DNA of 64,000 nt from Octopus sinensis. Taxonomy: Eukaryota. This document shows positions 12,977 through 24,745 of this stretch, one piece after another. Position 1 is the first letter of the stretch. Each line of letters opens with the position of its first letter. The translations under genes were made by a program, and so were the position numbers. The stretch lies in the NCBI RefSeq assembly GCF_006345805.1, contig NW_021832580.1, forward strand, positions 2,144 through 66,143, written 5' to 3'. The notes beneath the pieces are model-generated. The model was given only the letters and a program-made list of their open reading frames with translations, was not told where the DNA came from and searched no databases.

Positions 12977-13574
12977 TATTTCTTTACTACCCACAAGGGG
13001 CTAAACATAGAGGGGACAAACAAGGACAGACAAACGGATTAAGTCGATTACATCGACCCCAGTGCGTAACTGGTACTTTATTTACCGACCCCGAAAGGAT
13101 GAAAGGCAAAGTCGACCTCGGCGGAATTTGAACTCAGAACGTAGCGGCAGACGAAATACCTATTTCTTTACTGCCCACAAGGGGCTAAACACAGAGAGGA
13201 CAAACAAGGACAGACAAACGGATTAAGTTGATTATATCGACCCCAGTGCGTAACTGGTACTTAATTTATAGACCCCTAAGGGATGAAAGGCAAAGTCGAC
13301 CATGGCAGAATTTGAACTCAGAACGTAGCGGCAGGCGAAATACCTATTTCTTTACTACCAACAAGGGGCTAAACACAGAGGAGACAAACAAGGACAGACA
13401 AACGGATCAAGTCGATTACATCGATCCCAGGGCGTAACTGGTACTTTATTTATCGACCCCCGAAAGGATGAAAGGCAAAGTCTACCTCGGCGGAATTTGA
13501 ACCCAGAACGTAACGACAGACGAAATACAGCTAAGCATTTCGCCCGGCGCGCTAACGTTTGTCAGCTCGCCGCC
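12977..13574 (-). mobile_element. Meta-like SINE trimer
   Basis: Junctions at 13160/13161 and 13344/13345; head at 13574. Confidence 0.9.
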
Positions 13575-13739
13575 TCTTCATGTTTTAAAATATATATTTT
13601 AAGTAAAAACCAGTATAAATTGTGTGTGTGCGCGCGCGCGTTATGTCTGTGTTTACAATGTAAAACCGGATCTTTTAAATTGCTAATATAAGCATCATTC
13701 ACACATACACTATTCACACACACACACACACACACAGAG

Positions 13740-13912
13740 AAAGAGTGAGAGAAGGTTGTGGCGAAAGAGTCAGCAGAAGTTCGCCATTACCTTCTGCCGG
13801 AGCTGCATGGAGCTTGGGTGTTTCGCTCATAAACACACACATCGCCCGGTCTGAGATTCGAACCCGCGATCCCTCGACCGCGAGTCCGCTGCTCTAACCA
13901 CTAGACCATGTG
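13740..13912 (-). mobile_element. SINE family C, 5' part
   Basis: tRNA-like head GGCACATGGTCTAGTGGTTAGAGCAGCGGACTCGCGGTCGAGGGATCGCGGGTTCGAATCTC. Confidence 0.75.
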
Positions 13913-13960
13913 CCACCGCCTGGTATCCATGGGCGACTGCTGGTCTTCAATAACTTTCCC

Positions 13961-14494
13961 GGACACGAAATTTTTATTCCACGAGAATTCCGGACCCAAG
14001 TTGTGAACTCATTTGCATATAGCCAATGTGAGCTCTAACAAGTGATGGGCGATAAGATAAGGTCCCTTGGGTAAGGAATGACCATTCTTCTTTTCTCTTT
14101 TAAGAATGCTTGTTGTTCTTGTCCTTGTTTCAACCATGGCTGCCTCTGCGTAGTTATTTGTGTTGTTGTTTACTTTGTAAAACATGAAGGGGTGAGGGTT
14201 GCTAACACATCACCCTCTACCCACATTTTCCCCATCAACATCTTTACCATATGGGACCCTAACAAAATCCGATAATAGGTACAGATGCAAATCTATCTAA
14301 TTACTTGTCTCCTTCTAAAATCAGGAATAACTTGGTGATCGGTCGATTTACAACACCGTTCTTCGTCTTCAGTTTACTTGGTAGAGTGTGTTTGTTAAAG
14401 CTGACAACAAGGTCAAGGTGAGCTCTGATTGGCTGTATGCAAATGAGTTAATTACTGGGGTCCGGAACTCTCGTGGGAAAAAAATTCCGCAGCC
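13961..14494. mobile_element. MITE-like element with ~75-bp imperfect TIRs carrying ATTTGCAT and CCAAT motifs
   Basis: 13961-14035 is the imperfect reverse complement of 14420-14494. No clean TSD seen. Confidence 0.6.
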
Positions 14495-15248
14495 TTAACT
14501 TGTGGCACTGAGGGTAACTTTCTGGGTGCAATGCTATGCCCTTTCATGACCTAAGAGAGTCTTTACCCTATATATATATGTATATACCTGAGTGTATATG
14601 TGTATATGATGGAAGAACATGGCCTAGTGGTTAAAGCAGCGGACTCGCGGTCGAGGGATTGCGGGTTCGAATCTCAGACCGGGGTCCACATAAAACTATG
14701 TTGTTAAGGTTTGTGTGCAATACGAGAAGTATAAGTCAACTGAATCGACTCAACTGGGTGCTCTTTGTTTTATCGATCTTGGACGAATGAAGAATAAAGC
14801 AGATCTGGGTGGGAATCGAACGTAGAACGCAAATTATTGTAGCTAAATTTTGACTGGCATTCTGTCTAACACTCTACTAAACTTGGTCCTGTAGTTATTA
14901 GATGCCAAACACGCGACCCATTGGCTGCATGCAGCACTTTTCAAACACAAGTGCGGCCGACGAGTGGCGTTGTTAGAGGTTAGAAAATGAGGAATCCAAA
15001 AAGTTTTTAAACATAAAAATAATTAATACTAATTTAATTTTCAAAAATAGAATTATTGATGAGCAAACAAAATGTTTTCTACTTATTAATAAAAAAAGCT
15101 GATATGGCGGAAATCTTTGTTGTAAACGCGTGTTTAAAACTACGCGGAACCCACGAAGTGTATTTGAGCAATGCGACCCATAAAGACTCTGCAGCTTGAG
15201 ATACAGTGTAATACGCATATTCTGGTGATTTCTTGTCTTAGAATCCTC

Positions 15249-15662
15249 GTATCTTTTCGGTTTGAACGGCAGTTTTTAAAAATAATTTCCACGTAACTAA
15301 TAAATTTTAAACTTCGTATACTGGTAGAATGTGTTTATAAAACATCTTTATTGAGAAAATTCTATCGTTTGTAAGATATTTGTTGTTTTTTTTCGTCAAT
15401 TTCTGCAATTTCAACCAATCAATGACGTCTATTGAGGCGAAAACATTATCTGCCGTATGCAAATGTCCCTTGTTTATGAAACAGATTGGGTTTATTTACA
15501 TTTCTGAAGAAAAAAGATACCCTTCTCCCCACCCCTAACCCTAACTAACCCTAACCCTAAAAGAGATTGAAATGCAATAGATCGATACTAGGGTCATAAT
15601 TATGGGTGACAATTTCATATGACACCGCTAGAAAAAACTGCCGTTCAAACCGAAAAATATCC
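15249..15662. mobile_element. Non-autonomous DNA transposon with 8-bp TSD and internal CCCTAA repeats
   Basis: TIRs (G)TATCTTTTCGGTTTGAACGGCAGTTTTT / AAAAAACTGCCGTTCAAACCGAAAAATATCC, with TSD GAATCCTC at 15241-15248 and 15663-15670. Confidence 0.85.
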
Positions 15663-16031
15663 GAATCCTCATCAACCAACAAAATTTAATATTCCTCCTA
15701 AGTTATTAAACATGATCATTCTCCGACAGAAATAATGTATAATACGCTGAAATTACAACGTATGTATAATTATTACACTTTTCTGAAAATCTGCCAATCA
15801 TTCGCTTTTAATAGATGCACTTGTTTACGTGTGATATGCTATCAGGTTTTTAGTCAGTTACAGGTGAAGCGACTACAGAAGGGAAGCAATGGCCGACACT
15901 TTATCGTCTGCTTCAGTGAATATTCAGTGGTTAATATCAAAGCATAACGGAGCCTCTGCAGTAAATACGAATAGAGAGAAAGAGAGATGGCTGGACACAC
16001 ATGCACATACATACATACATACATACATACA

Positions 16032-16065
<34 letters not shown>

Positions 16066-16383
16066 CACACACATATCCATATATACAGAGACAAACGTGC
16101 AATATTTATAATACATATACACAAACACGCATGGTGATAAGCTTGCATATGTGCAAATGTGTGTTTGTGTATGTATATGTACTTGCATGTGTGTGTGTTG
16201 TGTGTGTGTGTGTGTGTGTGTTGTACGTGCGTGTTTGTGTCTGTGAGTATGTACGTGAACATGTATGTATGTGTGTGTTGATGGTGGGGGGGTCATGAAC
16301 GAACGTTTTCCGTTAGAACCACGCACGATCTATCTCTACTAAATTGAACATATATATCACTTATATATCAATTTTCTAAGACA

Positions 16384-16770
16384 GCGAGCTGGCAGAATCA
16401 TTAGCACGCCGAAAAAAATGCTTTGCGATATTTCGTCTGCCGTTACGTTCTGAGTTCAAATTCCGCCGAGGTCGACTTTGCCTTTCATCCTTGCGGGGTC
16501 GATAAATTAAGTACCAGTTACACACTGAGGTCGATGTAATCGACTTAATCCGTTTGTCTGTCCTTGCTTGTCCTCTCTGTGTTTAGCCCCTTGTGGGTAG
16601 TAAAGAAATAGGTATTTCGTTCGTCTATATATTGTAAATTCAAATTCCGCCGAGATCAACTTTGTCTTTCAGAGTCGCTAAAATAAATACCAGTTGAGCT
16701 CTGGGGTCGTTGTAATCGATTTACCATTTCTCCAAAATTGCTGGCCTTGCGCCAAGAGTTGACACCAATT
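16384..16770 (+). mobile_element. Chimeric Meta-like SINE: old head + young body + old body
   Basis: Diverged head to ~16430, near-consensus body to 16610, junction AAAGAAATA|GGTATTTCG, then a diverged body with the alternative tail. Confidence 0.8.
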
Positions 16771-16814
16771 ATATATCAATTTGACATCAAGAATTATTGG
16801 TGTAAGGCTGTCGT

Positions 16815-16972
16815 GAATGAGAACCGAGGTTCGAAATTCCCCCAAGATACCTGATGAAGGCTGGAGGGTATATCAACCGAAACGTTGTGTTAACAACAAA
16901 CAAGATAAGGACAAATATCCGTCAAATGTAAATAATGTACATAATTCCTCATCTCTTAAATGTAGAACTGTA
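16815..16972 (+). mobile_element. Penelope-like pLTR with minimal hammerhead ribozyme motif (16846-16891)
   Basis: GATAC CTGATGA A GGCTG...CAACC GAAAC GTT GTGTT, with palindromic stem III AACGTT. Confidence 0.7.
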
Positions 16973-17458
16973 GAACAAAACGTACAGGATAACACTTCCA
17001 AGCATAGGCAGCAAGTGGACAGAATCGTAAACGTGGCCTTGTGCCTATAATAAGAATAGTTATTGGCTTCAAATTTTGGCAAATGGCCGGCAATTTTAGG
17101 GGCGGGGGCTAAGTCGATAACATCGACCCCAGTACACAACTGGTATTTATTTTATCGACACCGAAATGGATGAAAAGCAAAGTCGACCTCGGTGGAATTT
17201 GAACACAAAACGTGACGGACGAAACGTCGCAAAGGATTTTGCCCGGCATGCTAACGTTTCTGCCAGCTCACCGCCTTAACGCATAACTAATAATGGTTCT
17301 AAATTTTGGCGCAAAGCCAGCAATTTCGAGGTGAGGGGGGAATCGATTACACTGATCCCAGTGCACAGCTGGTGCTTATTTTATCGATATCGAAATGATG
17401 AAGGGCGAAGTCGACCTCGGCGAACCTCACTAACTAAAAATAATTTTATACCAAAATA

Positions 17459-17661
17459 GGCGTAGGAGTGGCTGTGTGGTAAGTAGCTTGCTTGCCAATC
17501 ACATGGTTCCGGGTCCAGTCCTACTGCGTTGCACCTTGGGCAAGTGTCTTCTACTAGAGCCTTGGACCGACCAAAGCCTTGTGAGTGGATTTGGTGGATG
17601 GAAACTGAAAGAATCCCGTCATGTATATATATATATATATGTTTGTGTGTGTGTGTGTGTA

Positions 17662-17701
<40 letters not shown>

Positions 17702-17905
17702 CTTGTGTGTCTGTGTTTGTCCCCCCACCATCGTTTGACAACCGGTGCTGGTGTATTTACGTCCTCGTGACTTGGCGGTTCGGCAAAAGAGACCGATAGA
17801 ATAAGTACTAGACTTACAAAGAATAAGTCCTGGGGCGATTTGCTCGACTAGAGGCGGTGCTCCAGCATGGCCGCAATCAAATGACTGAAACAAATAACAG
17901 AAAAG

Positions 17906-17907
<2 letters not shown>
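17459..17907 (+). mobile_element. CORE-like SINE family A
   Basis: Full structure. Confidence 0.85.
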
Positions 17908-17989
<82 letters not shown>

Positions 17990-18275
17990 GAGAGAGAGAA
18001 AGTTATTTTATTCCACAGGGGTATAAATATAGAAAAGAGAAGTTGAAAATGCACTTGGATTCGTTTAGATTTTTAAATTTGTAAAGACTTTACCGGTTTC
18101 AAAGATTTCTCTGATGTTCACAATTTGAGATAGAAAGACGTGGACATACTGACATATGTGCAAAATATAAGGTTCCAAAATTCCAAGCCTTTCCACTTTG
18201 CCTTTGTTCAGTCAATACTACAGACGAAGCACAGATGAACGAAGAAAATATATTCATAAAATATATAAACCAGGA

Positions 18276-18709
18276 GGCGCAGGAGTGGCTGTGTGGTAAG
18301 TAGCTTGCTTACCAACCACTTGATCATGGGTTCAGTCCACTGCGTGGAATCTTGGGCAAGTGTCTTCTACTATAGCCTCGGGCCGCCAATGCCTTGTGAG
18401 TGGATTTGGTAGACGAAAACTGAAAGAAGCCTGTCGTATATATGTATATATATATATATGTGTGTGTGGTGTGTGTGGTGTGTGTGTGTGTGTGGTGTGT
18501 ATCATTGTGTGTCTGTGTTTGTCCCGCCAACATCGGTTGACAACCGAATGCTGGTGTGTTTACGTCCCCGTAACTTAGCGGTTCGACAAAAGAGACCGAT
18601 AGAATAAGTACTGGTCTTACAAAGAATAAGTGCTAGGTCGATTTGCTCGACTAGAGGCGGTGCTCCAGCATGGCCGCAGTCAAATGACTGAAACAAGTAA
18701 AAGAGTAAA
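18276..18709 (+). mobile_element. CORE-like SINE family A
   Basis: Full structure. Confidence 0.85.
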
Positions 18710-18855
18710 CCGAGACTGTATACACTTCAATAAACTCCATTCACCAAGAACTATTCGCACACAGACTCATTCTGCTGCTTGACATGTCGAATTTTCACAG
18801 CTAACACCTGAACGTTGGAGACAATCACAACTTAGAAGAGAATCAAATTTGATGC

Positions 18856-19245
18856 CTCTTTTCTCTTATTTTTTCTCTTTTCACTTGTTTCAGTCATTTG
18901 ACTGCGGCCATGCTGGAGCACCGCCTTTTAATTGAGCAACTCGACCCCGGGACTTATTCTTTGTAAGCCCAGTACTTATTCTATCCGCCTCTTTTGCCGA
19001 ACCGCTAGATTTCGGGGACGTAAACACCACCAGCATCAGTTGTCAAGCAATGCTAGGGGGACAAACACAGACACACAAACACACATACATACATCTTTCA
19101 GTTTCCGTCTACAAAATCCACTCACAAGGCATTGGTCGGCCCGGCGCTATAGTAGAAGACACTTGCCCAAGGTGCCACGCAGTGGGACTGAACCCAGAAC
19201 CATGTGGTTGGTTAGCAAGCTACTTACCACACAGCTACTCCTGCG
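18856..19245 (-). mobile_element. CORE-like SINE family A
   Basis: Reverse complement of the full structure; head-to-head with the next copy. Confidence 0.85.
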
Positions 19246-19250
19246 TACAA

Positions 19251-19860
19251 GGCGTAGGAGTGGCTGTGTGGTAAGTAGCTTGCTTACCACCACATGGTTC
19301 CGGGTTCAGTCCCACTGCGTGGCACCTTAGGCAAGTGTCTTCTACTATAGCCTCGGGCCGACCAAGGCCTTGTGAGTGGAAACTGAAAGAAGCCCGTCGT
19401 ATATATGTATATGTATATATATATATATGTGTGTGTTTGTGCCCCCAACATCGCTTTACAACAGATGCTGGGTGTGTTTACGTCCCTGTAACTTAGCGGT
19501 TCGGCAAACCTCATGGTTCCGGGTTCAGTCCCACTGCGTGACACCTTGGGCACGTGTCTTCTACTATAGTCTCGGGCCGACCAAAGCCTTGTGAATGGAA
19601 ACTGAAAGAAGCCCGTCGTATAAATGTATATGTGTGTATATATATATATATGTGTGTGTGTATGTGTGTCTGTGTTAGTGCCCCCAACATCGCTTGATAA
19701 CAGATGCTGGGTGTGTTTACGTCCTCGTAACTTAGCGGTTCGGCAAAAGAGAACGATAGAATAAGTACTAGGCTTACAAAGCATGAGTCCTGGGGTCGAT
19801 TTGCTCGACTAAAGGCGGTGCCCCAGCATGGTTGCAGTCAAATGAGTGAAAAATTAAAAG
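19251..19860 (+). mobile_element. CORE-like SINE family A with internal tandem duplication
   Basis: The sequence restarts at CATGGTTCCGGG (~19514). Both halves share loss of the ATTTGGTAGACGG segment. Confidence 0.8.
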
Positions 19861-20865
19861 GAGATTAAAGAGGTGCAGACTATCTATTCAACCACCGGGC
19901 TTCATAAACACAATTCCTGTCGACTCTACCACTTGACAGATTAAATTTAGAGAGCTTTGATTGTTTGTGACTGTCACTAGACGTGTTCATTCAACCGTGT
20001 CAGCCTTAAATTTTCGGTGCAAAAAGAATAGTCACATGATGTTAACACACGGATATGGTGATGAACCGACAAAAGTTTCTGTGGCTAATCACGTGATCAT
20101 CCCTACCACACTTGAAAGATTAAAATCAGACAACTTTGATTGTTAGGAGTGTCACTAGATATGTTCATTCAACCGTGACGGCTTTGATTTATAGCGCCAA
20201 TAAAGAACGGATGTAACGGGAATCTTACAAAGATTTCTAAATCTAATCATGTGATCATTCTCGGCCAATCAAATCGTATCCAAAACAGATACTAATGTGA
20301 AGAAACAAGAGAATTTTTGAGCTCCAAAGAGCAACAAGATATCTTTTAATACCATCTTTTGAAAATCAGAGCAGAGAAGTCTGTGAAACCGGTTAAGTAT
20401 TTAAAAATCTAAAAATAGAAAATTTAATACCAGTGCATTTTCAACACTCACACACATATACATACATGAAGAAACACGTGGCTAGTAGTTAGGGCTGTTG
20501 CACTCGTGATCGTAAGATGGTAGTTTCGACTCCTGTATCGGGCGCTGCCTTGCGTTGTATCCTTGAGCAAGACACTTCATTTTTCTTTGCTCCATTTCAC
20601 TCAGCTGACAAAAACGAGTAATTTTGTGATGGACTGGTGTCCCGTCCAGGTGGGGAATATAAAAGCCACACGATCAGGGAAACGGGCCTTATGAAACTAT
20701 GACCCGAACTACGTTAAGGGCAGACGTGTCTGTGGAGTACTCAACCACTTACACGTTAATTTCACGAGCAGGCTGTCCCGTTAATCCTATCAACTGTAAC
20801 ACGTGGAACACTCGTCGCAACCGACGGAGTACCATTCGTTCTTCTTGTTCCTATGTGTCATACTC

Positions 20866-21074
20866 TTTACTCTCTGTTACTCTTTTACTTGTTTCAGTCA
20901 TTTAACTGTGGCCATGCTGGAGCACCGCCTTTGGTCGAGCAAATCGACCCCAGGACTTATTCTTTGTAAGCCCATTACTTATTATTTTGCCGAACCGCTA
21001 AGTTACGGGGACGTAAACACACCAGCATCGGTTGTCAAGCGATGTTGGGGGGACAAACACAAACGCACAAAGAT

Positions 21075-21105
<31 letters not shown>

Positions 21106-21270
21106 CACGACGGGCTTCTTTCAGTTTCCGTCTACCAAATCCACTCACAAGGCTTTGGTCGGCCCAAGGCTATAGCAGAAGACACATGCCCAAGGTGCCA
21201 CGCAGTGGGACTGAACCCGAAACCATGTGGTTGGTAAGCAAGCTACTTACCACACAGCCACTCCTGCGCC
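20866..21270 (-). mobile_element. CORE-like SINE family A
   Basis: Reverse complement of the full structure. Confidence 0.85.
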
Positions 21271-21894
21271 TGTCATGTGGACGATCAATGATTTACGTAG
21301 AGTGTGTAGGAATTACCAAAAGAGCATTCTAGAAGCAATATTTTTCTCGTAGATATGAAGCTAATTCACGCTCGTTGTCTTGTACTTCTGCTAAGAAATA
21401 GGTTTCTGTTAATGCATTCATGAGAGTATGTTTGTGTGTTGGCTAAAAGCTTTTACGAAGAAAATCTTGTTTCGATTAATTTCATTCAAAATTGCTCAGA
21501 CACTCCAAAGGATTTACGAAATGGTATTTGTGCGTGTGTGGTGCAAGTTATGATCTAAACTGCCGTGGGCTATAAAGCAGAGTTTGTGTTTATTTCCGCA
21601 AACGGGATTTCACATGATGTCTGCGGGACTTTTGTCATTACCTTCTGTCGGACCCGCGTTCTACTAAAGACACAAGGCCAAATTTGTGGGAGGGAGATAG
21701 TCGATTACATTAACCCCAGTATTCAACTGGTACTTATTTCATCGACCCTGAAAGGATAAAAGGCAAAGTCAGCCACGGCGAAATTTGAACTCTGAACCTG
21801 AAGCGGAAGAAATGCCGTTTAGCATTTTGCTCGGCGTGTTAGCGATTCAGCCAGCTCGCCGCCTACAGGGCTTTTTGTATAATACATAAGGTTT

Positions 21895-22215
21895 GCGTTT
21901 GTTGTTTGTGGTTTGTTCCTTCTCGAGCCATGCTTGGCTCATAGGGGCCGGTTTCTCCGGTTTCCTTGGCGTATAGGTTCCCCACCTGGACGGGACGCCG
22001 GTCCGTCGCAGGTGAGCTGCAAGATGCAGGAGGAAAGAGTGAGAGAAAGTTGTGGCGAAAGAGCCAGCAGAAGTTTCACCATTACCTTCTGCCGGACCCG
22101 CGTGGAGTTTAGGTGTTTCGCTCATAAACACACACATCGCCCGGTCTGAGATTCGAACCCGCGATCCCTCGACCGCGAATCAGCTGCTCTAACCATTAGG
22201 CCATGTGCCTCCACA
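21895..22215 (-). mobile_element. SINE family C, full length
   Basis: tRNA head with box A/B, V-like centre and (AAC)-rich tail. A related variant lies at ~22405-22690. Confidence 0.8.
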
Positions 22216-22796
22216 TAAGGTTTATCTAGTGATTCTAAAAAGGATGCTGTTTATAATATTTGCTGTTTTGTCAGAGCCTATGATTAAGAGAAAGTTTCAG
22301 TGTCTTAAACTTAATTATTTATGACATGTATTTACGACAATTACACACACACACACACACACACGCGCATAGATGTGTGCGTGTATCTGTATAAGCATAT
22401 TACTGTGATCACTGTGACCGACCAGGCTATCAGATGTTGCTACACATCGCTGGTCACAATGCGCTTCGCATTGTTTTAGCCTTCAAATGACGCCACCCCG
22501 CTGGCTAAGCGAGCTGGCCAACAGAAGAAAGAACGAGAGAAAGTTGTGGCGAAAGAGTACAGCAGGGATCGCCACAACCCCCTGCCGGAGCCTCGTGGAG
22601 CTTTAGGTGTTTTTGCTCAATAAACACTCACAACGCCTGGTCTGGGAATCGAAACCGCGATCCTACGACCTCGAGTCCGCTGCGCCTCCGTATAAGCATA
22701 TATGTATGTATATAGTTTTCTGTAGCTTCTGTAATTGGTAAGTAGATAAACAGATTGTCTTCTTGTTTCTCTGGGATAAAGTCAAATTGATGTAGA

Positions 22797-22841
22797 CACC
22801 TCTGATGAGACTCGAAAAAGATTCGAAAATCGATTAAGGTG
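22797..22841 (+). ncRNA. Minimal type I hammerhead ribozyme motif
   Basis: CACCT (stem I) CTGATGA GACTC-GAAAAA-GATTC (stem II, one mismatch) GAAA ATCGAT T A AGGTG (stem I'). Stem III AATCGATT is palindromic. Confidence 0.65.
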
Positions 22842-23143
22842 GTTCATCGCTTTATCAATCTGCGGAGAAATAGCTAAATTAGCTTTTGTGTGTGTGTACT
22901 CTTTCCCTTTTAGTTTAGAATAAATTTTGACAGGCCACCAGCTTTGTAGTAAGGCTGTGAAGGGAGGCGTTTCGTTTTGTTCATTATCCTTTAAATCATT
23001 AAGAGGCTCTTGCAGAATTTTATGGTCCCAGATATCGCAATCACTTCTAGTGCTCGAATTAAGGATTTGCTTTCACACCCCAAGAACCCAAGTTCACCCA
23101 CACTTTGTCCCAGGCGGGTTGTTATATATCTTGCTGCTTCAAG

Positions 23144-23372
23144 GCGGCGAGCTGACAGAAACGTTAGCACGCCGGGCGAAATGCTTAGCGGTATTTCGTC
23201 TGCCGTTACGTTCTGAGTTCAAATTCCGCCGAGGTCGACTTTGCCTTTCATTCTTTCGGGGTCGATAAATTAAGTACCAGTGACGCACTGGGGTCGACGT
23301 AATCGACTTAATCCGTTTGTCTGTCCTTAATTGCCCCCTCTGTGTTTAGCCCCTTGTGGGTAGTAAAAAAAA
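23144..23372 (+). mobile_element. Meta-like SINE monomer (family B)
   Basis: Near-consensus head, core and TAGCCCCTTGTGGGTAGTAAA tail. Confidence 0.9.
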
Positions 23373-23411
23373 TATCTTGCTGCTTCAATAATAATAATAA
23401 TAATAATAATA

Positions 23412-24745
23412 GGTATGACAGTGTTGAAGGTGTATTTGAAAGTGTATCTTGGGTACTGGATTTGCAAACTCCCTCTCAATGGTCTTCAGATGCCCTCTTT
23501 CTCTTGTATTTTTCTAGCCACATTGGTGTCCAAAGGGCAGCTGATTTCCTCAACAGATCATATCTTTTCTTTGTGGTCCCACACAACACACTCTAGTCCA
23601 TTGTGTTTCAACTTGGTTGCTGTTTTAATTTTCAAATTCCACCCGTACTCTTTTGAACCATCTGTCTTGGTGTATTCGACTTAGTCTGTAGCTGTTTTCT
23701 TTTTTGCTACCACGGCACCATGCCTCGCAGAAAGGCATGCCTGGAAGACATTCTCTCGCTGCTGGCAATAATATGGTTAGTATCTTCAATCTTGGTCTTG
23801 CACAGCCTACATTTTTTGTCTCTCTTTCTCTCTTACTTGTTTCAGTCATTTGACTGCGGCCATGCTGGAGCACCACCTTTTAGTCAAGCAAATCGACCCC
23901 AGGACTTATTCTTTGTAAGCCTAGTACTTATTCTATCGGTCTCTTTGGCCGAACCAGCATCGGTTGTCAAGCGATGTTCGGGGACAAACAGAGACACACA
24001 AACACACACACATATATATATATACGACGGGCTTCTTTCAGTTTCCGTCTACCAAAGCCACTCACAAGGCTTTGGTCGGCCCGAGGCTATAGTAGAAGAC
24101 ACTTGCCCAAGATGCCACGCAGTGGGACTGAACCCGGAACCATGTGGTTGGTAAACAAGCTACTTACCACACAGCCACTCCTGCGCCTGTCAATGTTTTC
24201 TGCCTTTGATGTTGTAGGTACTTGGTGGTGGTGGTCGTGGTGGGGTGTATTGTTTTTGAATTGCAAGGAAGTAGCCTTCAAAGTGGGATGGCATAAATTT
24301 GTCGGTACCTATGCCAAACCTTTGATGTAAACAATCGCTTCTATGGTTTGTGTTTTTCGTGCCAAGTACCCATGTACTATCTGCTCGGTGAAATGGTCAG
24401 TTTTTTTTTTAAATTTTGTTCTTCAGATAAACAAATTTTACCAATGATCTTTGGGGAGAGATCTGTATCAGCTCTTATTTCATATCTCTCCTCAAGTTAA
24501 TTAGCTGTTCCAATTATGTTATTGATTTCACGTTCACAAACTTAGGCCAGATAATTACTGGCCACTTTCCTATGCCACAGATGTTTCAGTGTCACAGTAC
24601 GGGTTTCATCAATACAGATTTAAGAGCACGGCCTCCATCGATGTAGAAGCTTCCTGTAATACTGATCACCTTGCGAATTCGAACATCTATCTCACACTGA
24701 GATCTTGTAATGTCTATGATTTTCCTTTGAGCTTTGTTTAAGTTT
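23412..24745 (-). pseudogene. Degenerate R4/Dong-like RLE non-LTR retrotransposon (thumb, CCHC knuckle, restriction-like endonuclease), split by a SINE
   Basis: The minus strand gives EIDVRIRKVISITG..GGRALKSV, SHFEGYFLAIQ, DKKCRLCKTKIEDTNHII and WNLKIKTATKLKHN...VVWDHKEK..SVEEISCPLDTNVARKIQEK, with stops and frameshifts. These motifs are typical of R4-clade ORFs. Confidence 0.75.
23822..24187 (-). mobile_element. CORE-like SINE family A inserted in the R4 relic
   Basis: Reverse complement of the full structure with a small internal deletion. Confidence 0.85.

Noticed and set aside
15533-15560. Interstitial telomere
   Set aside because: There are only about four imperfect units, and they lie inside a TSD-bounded transposon.
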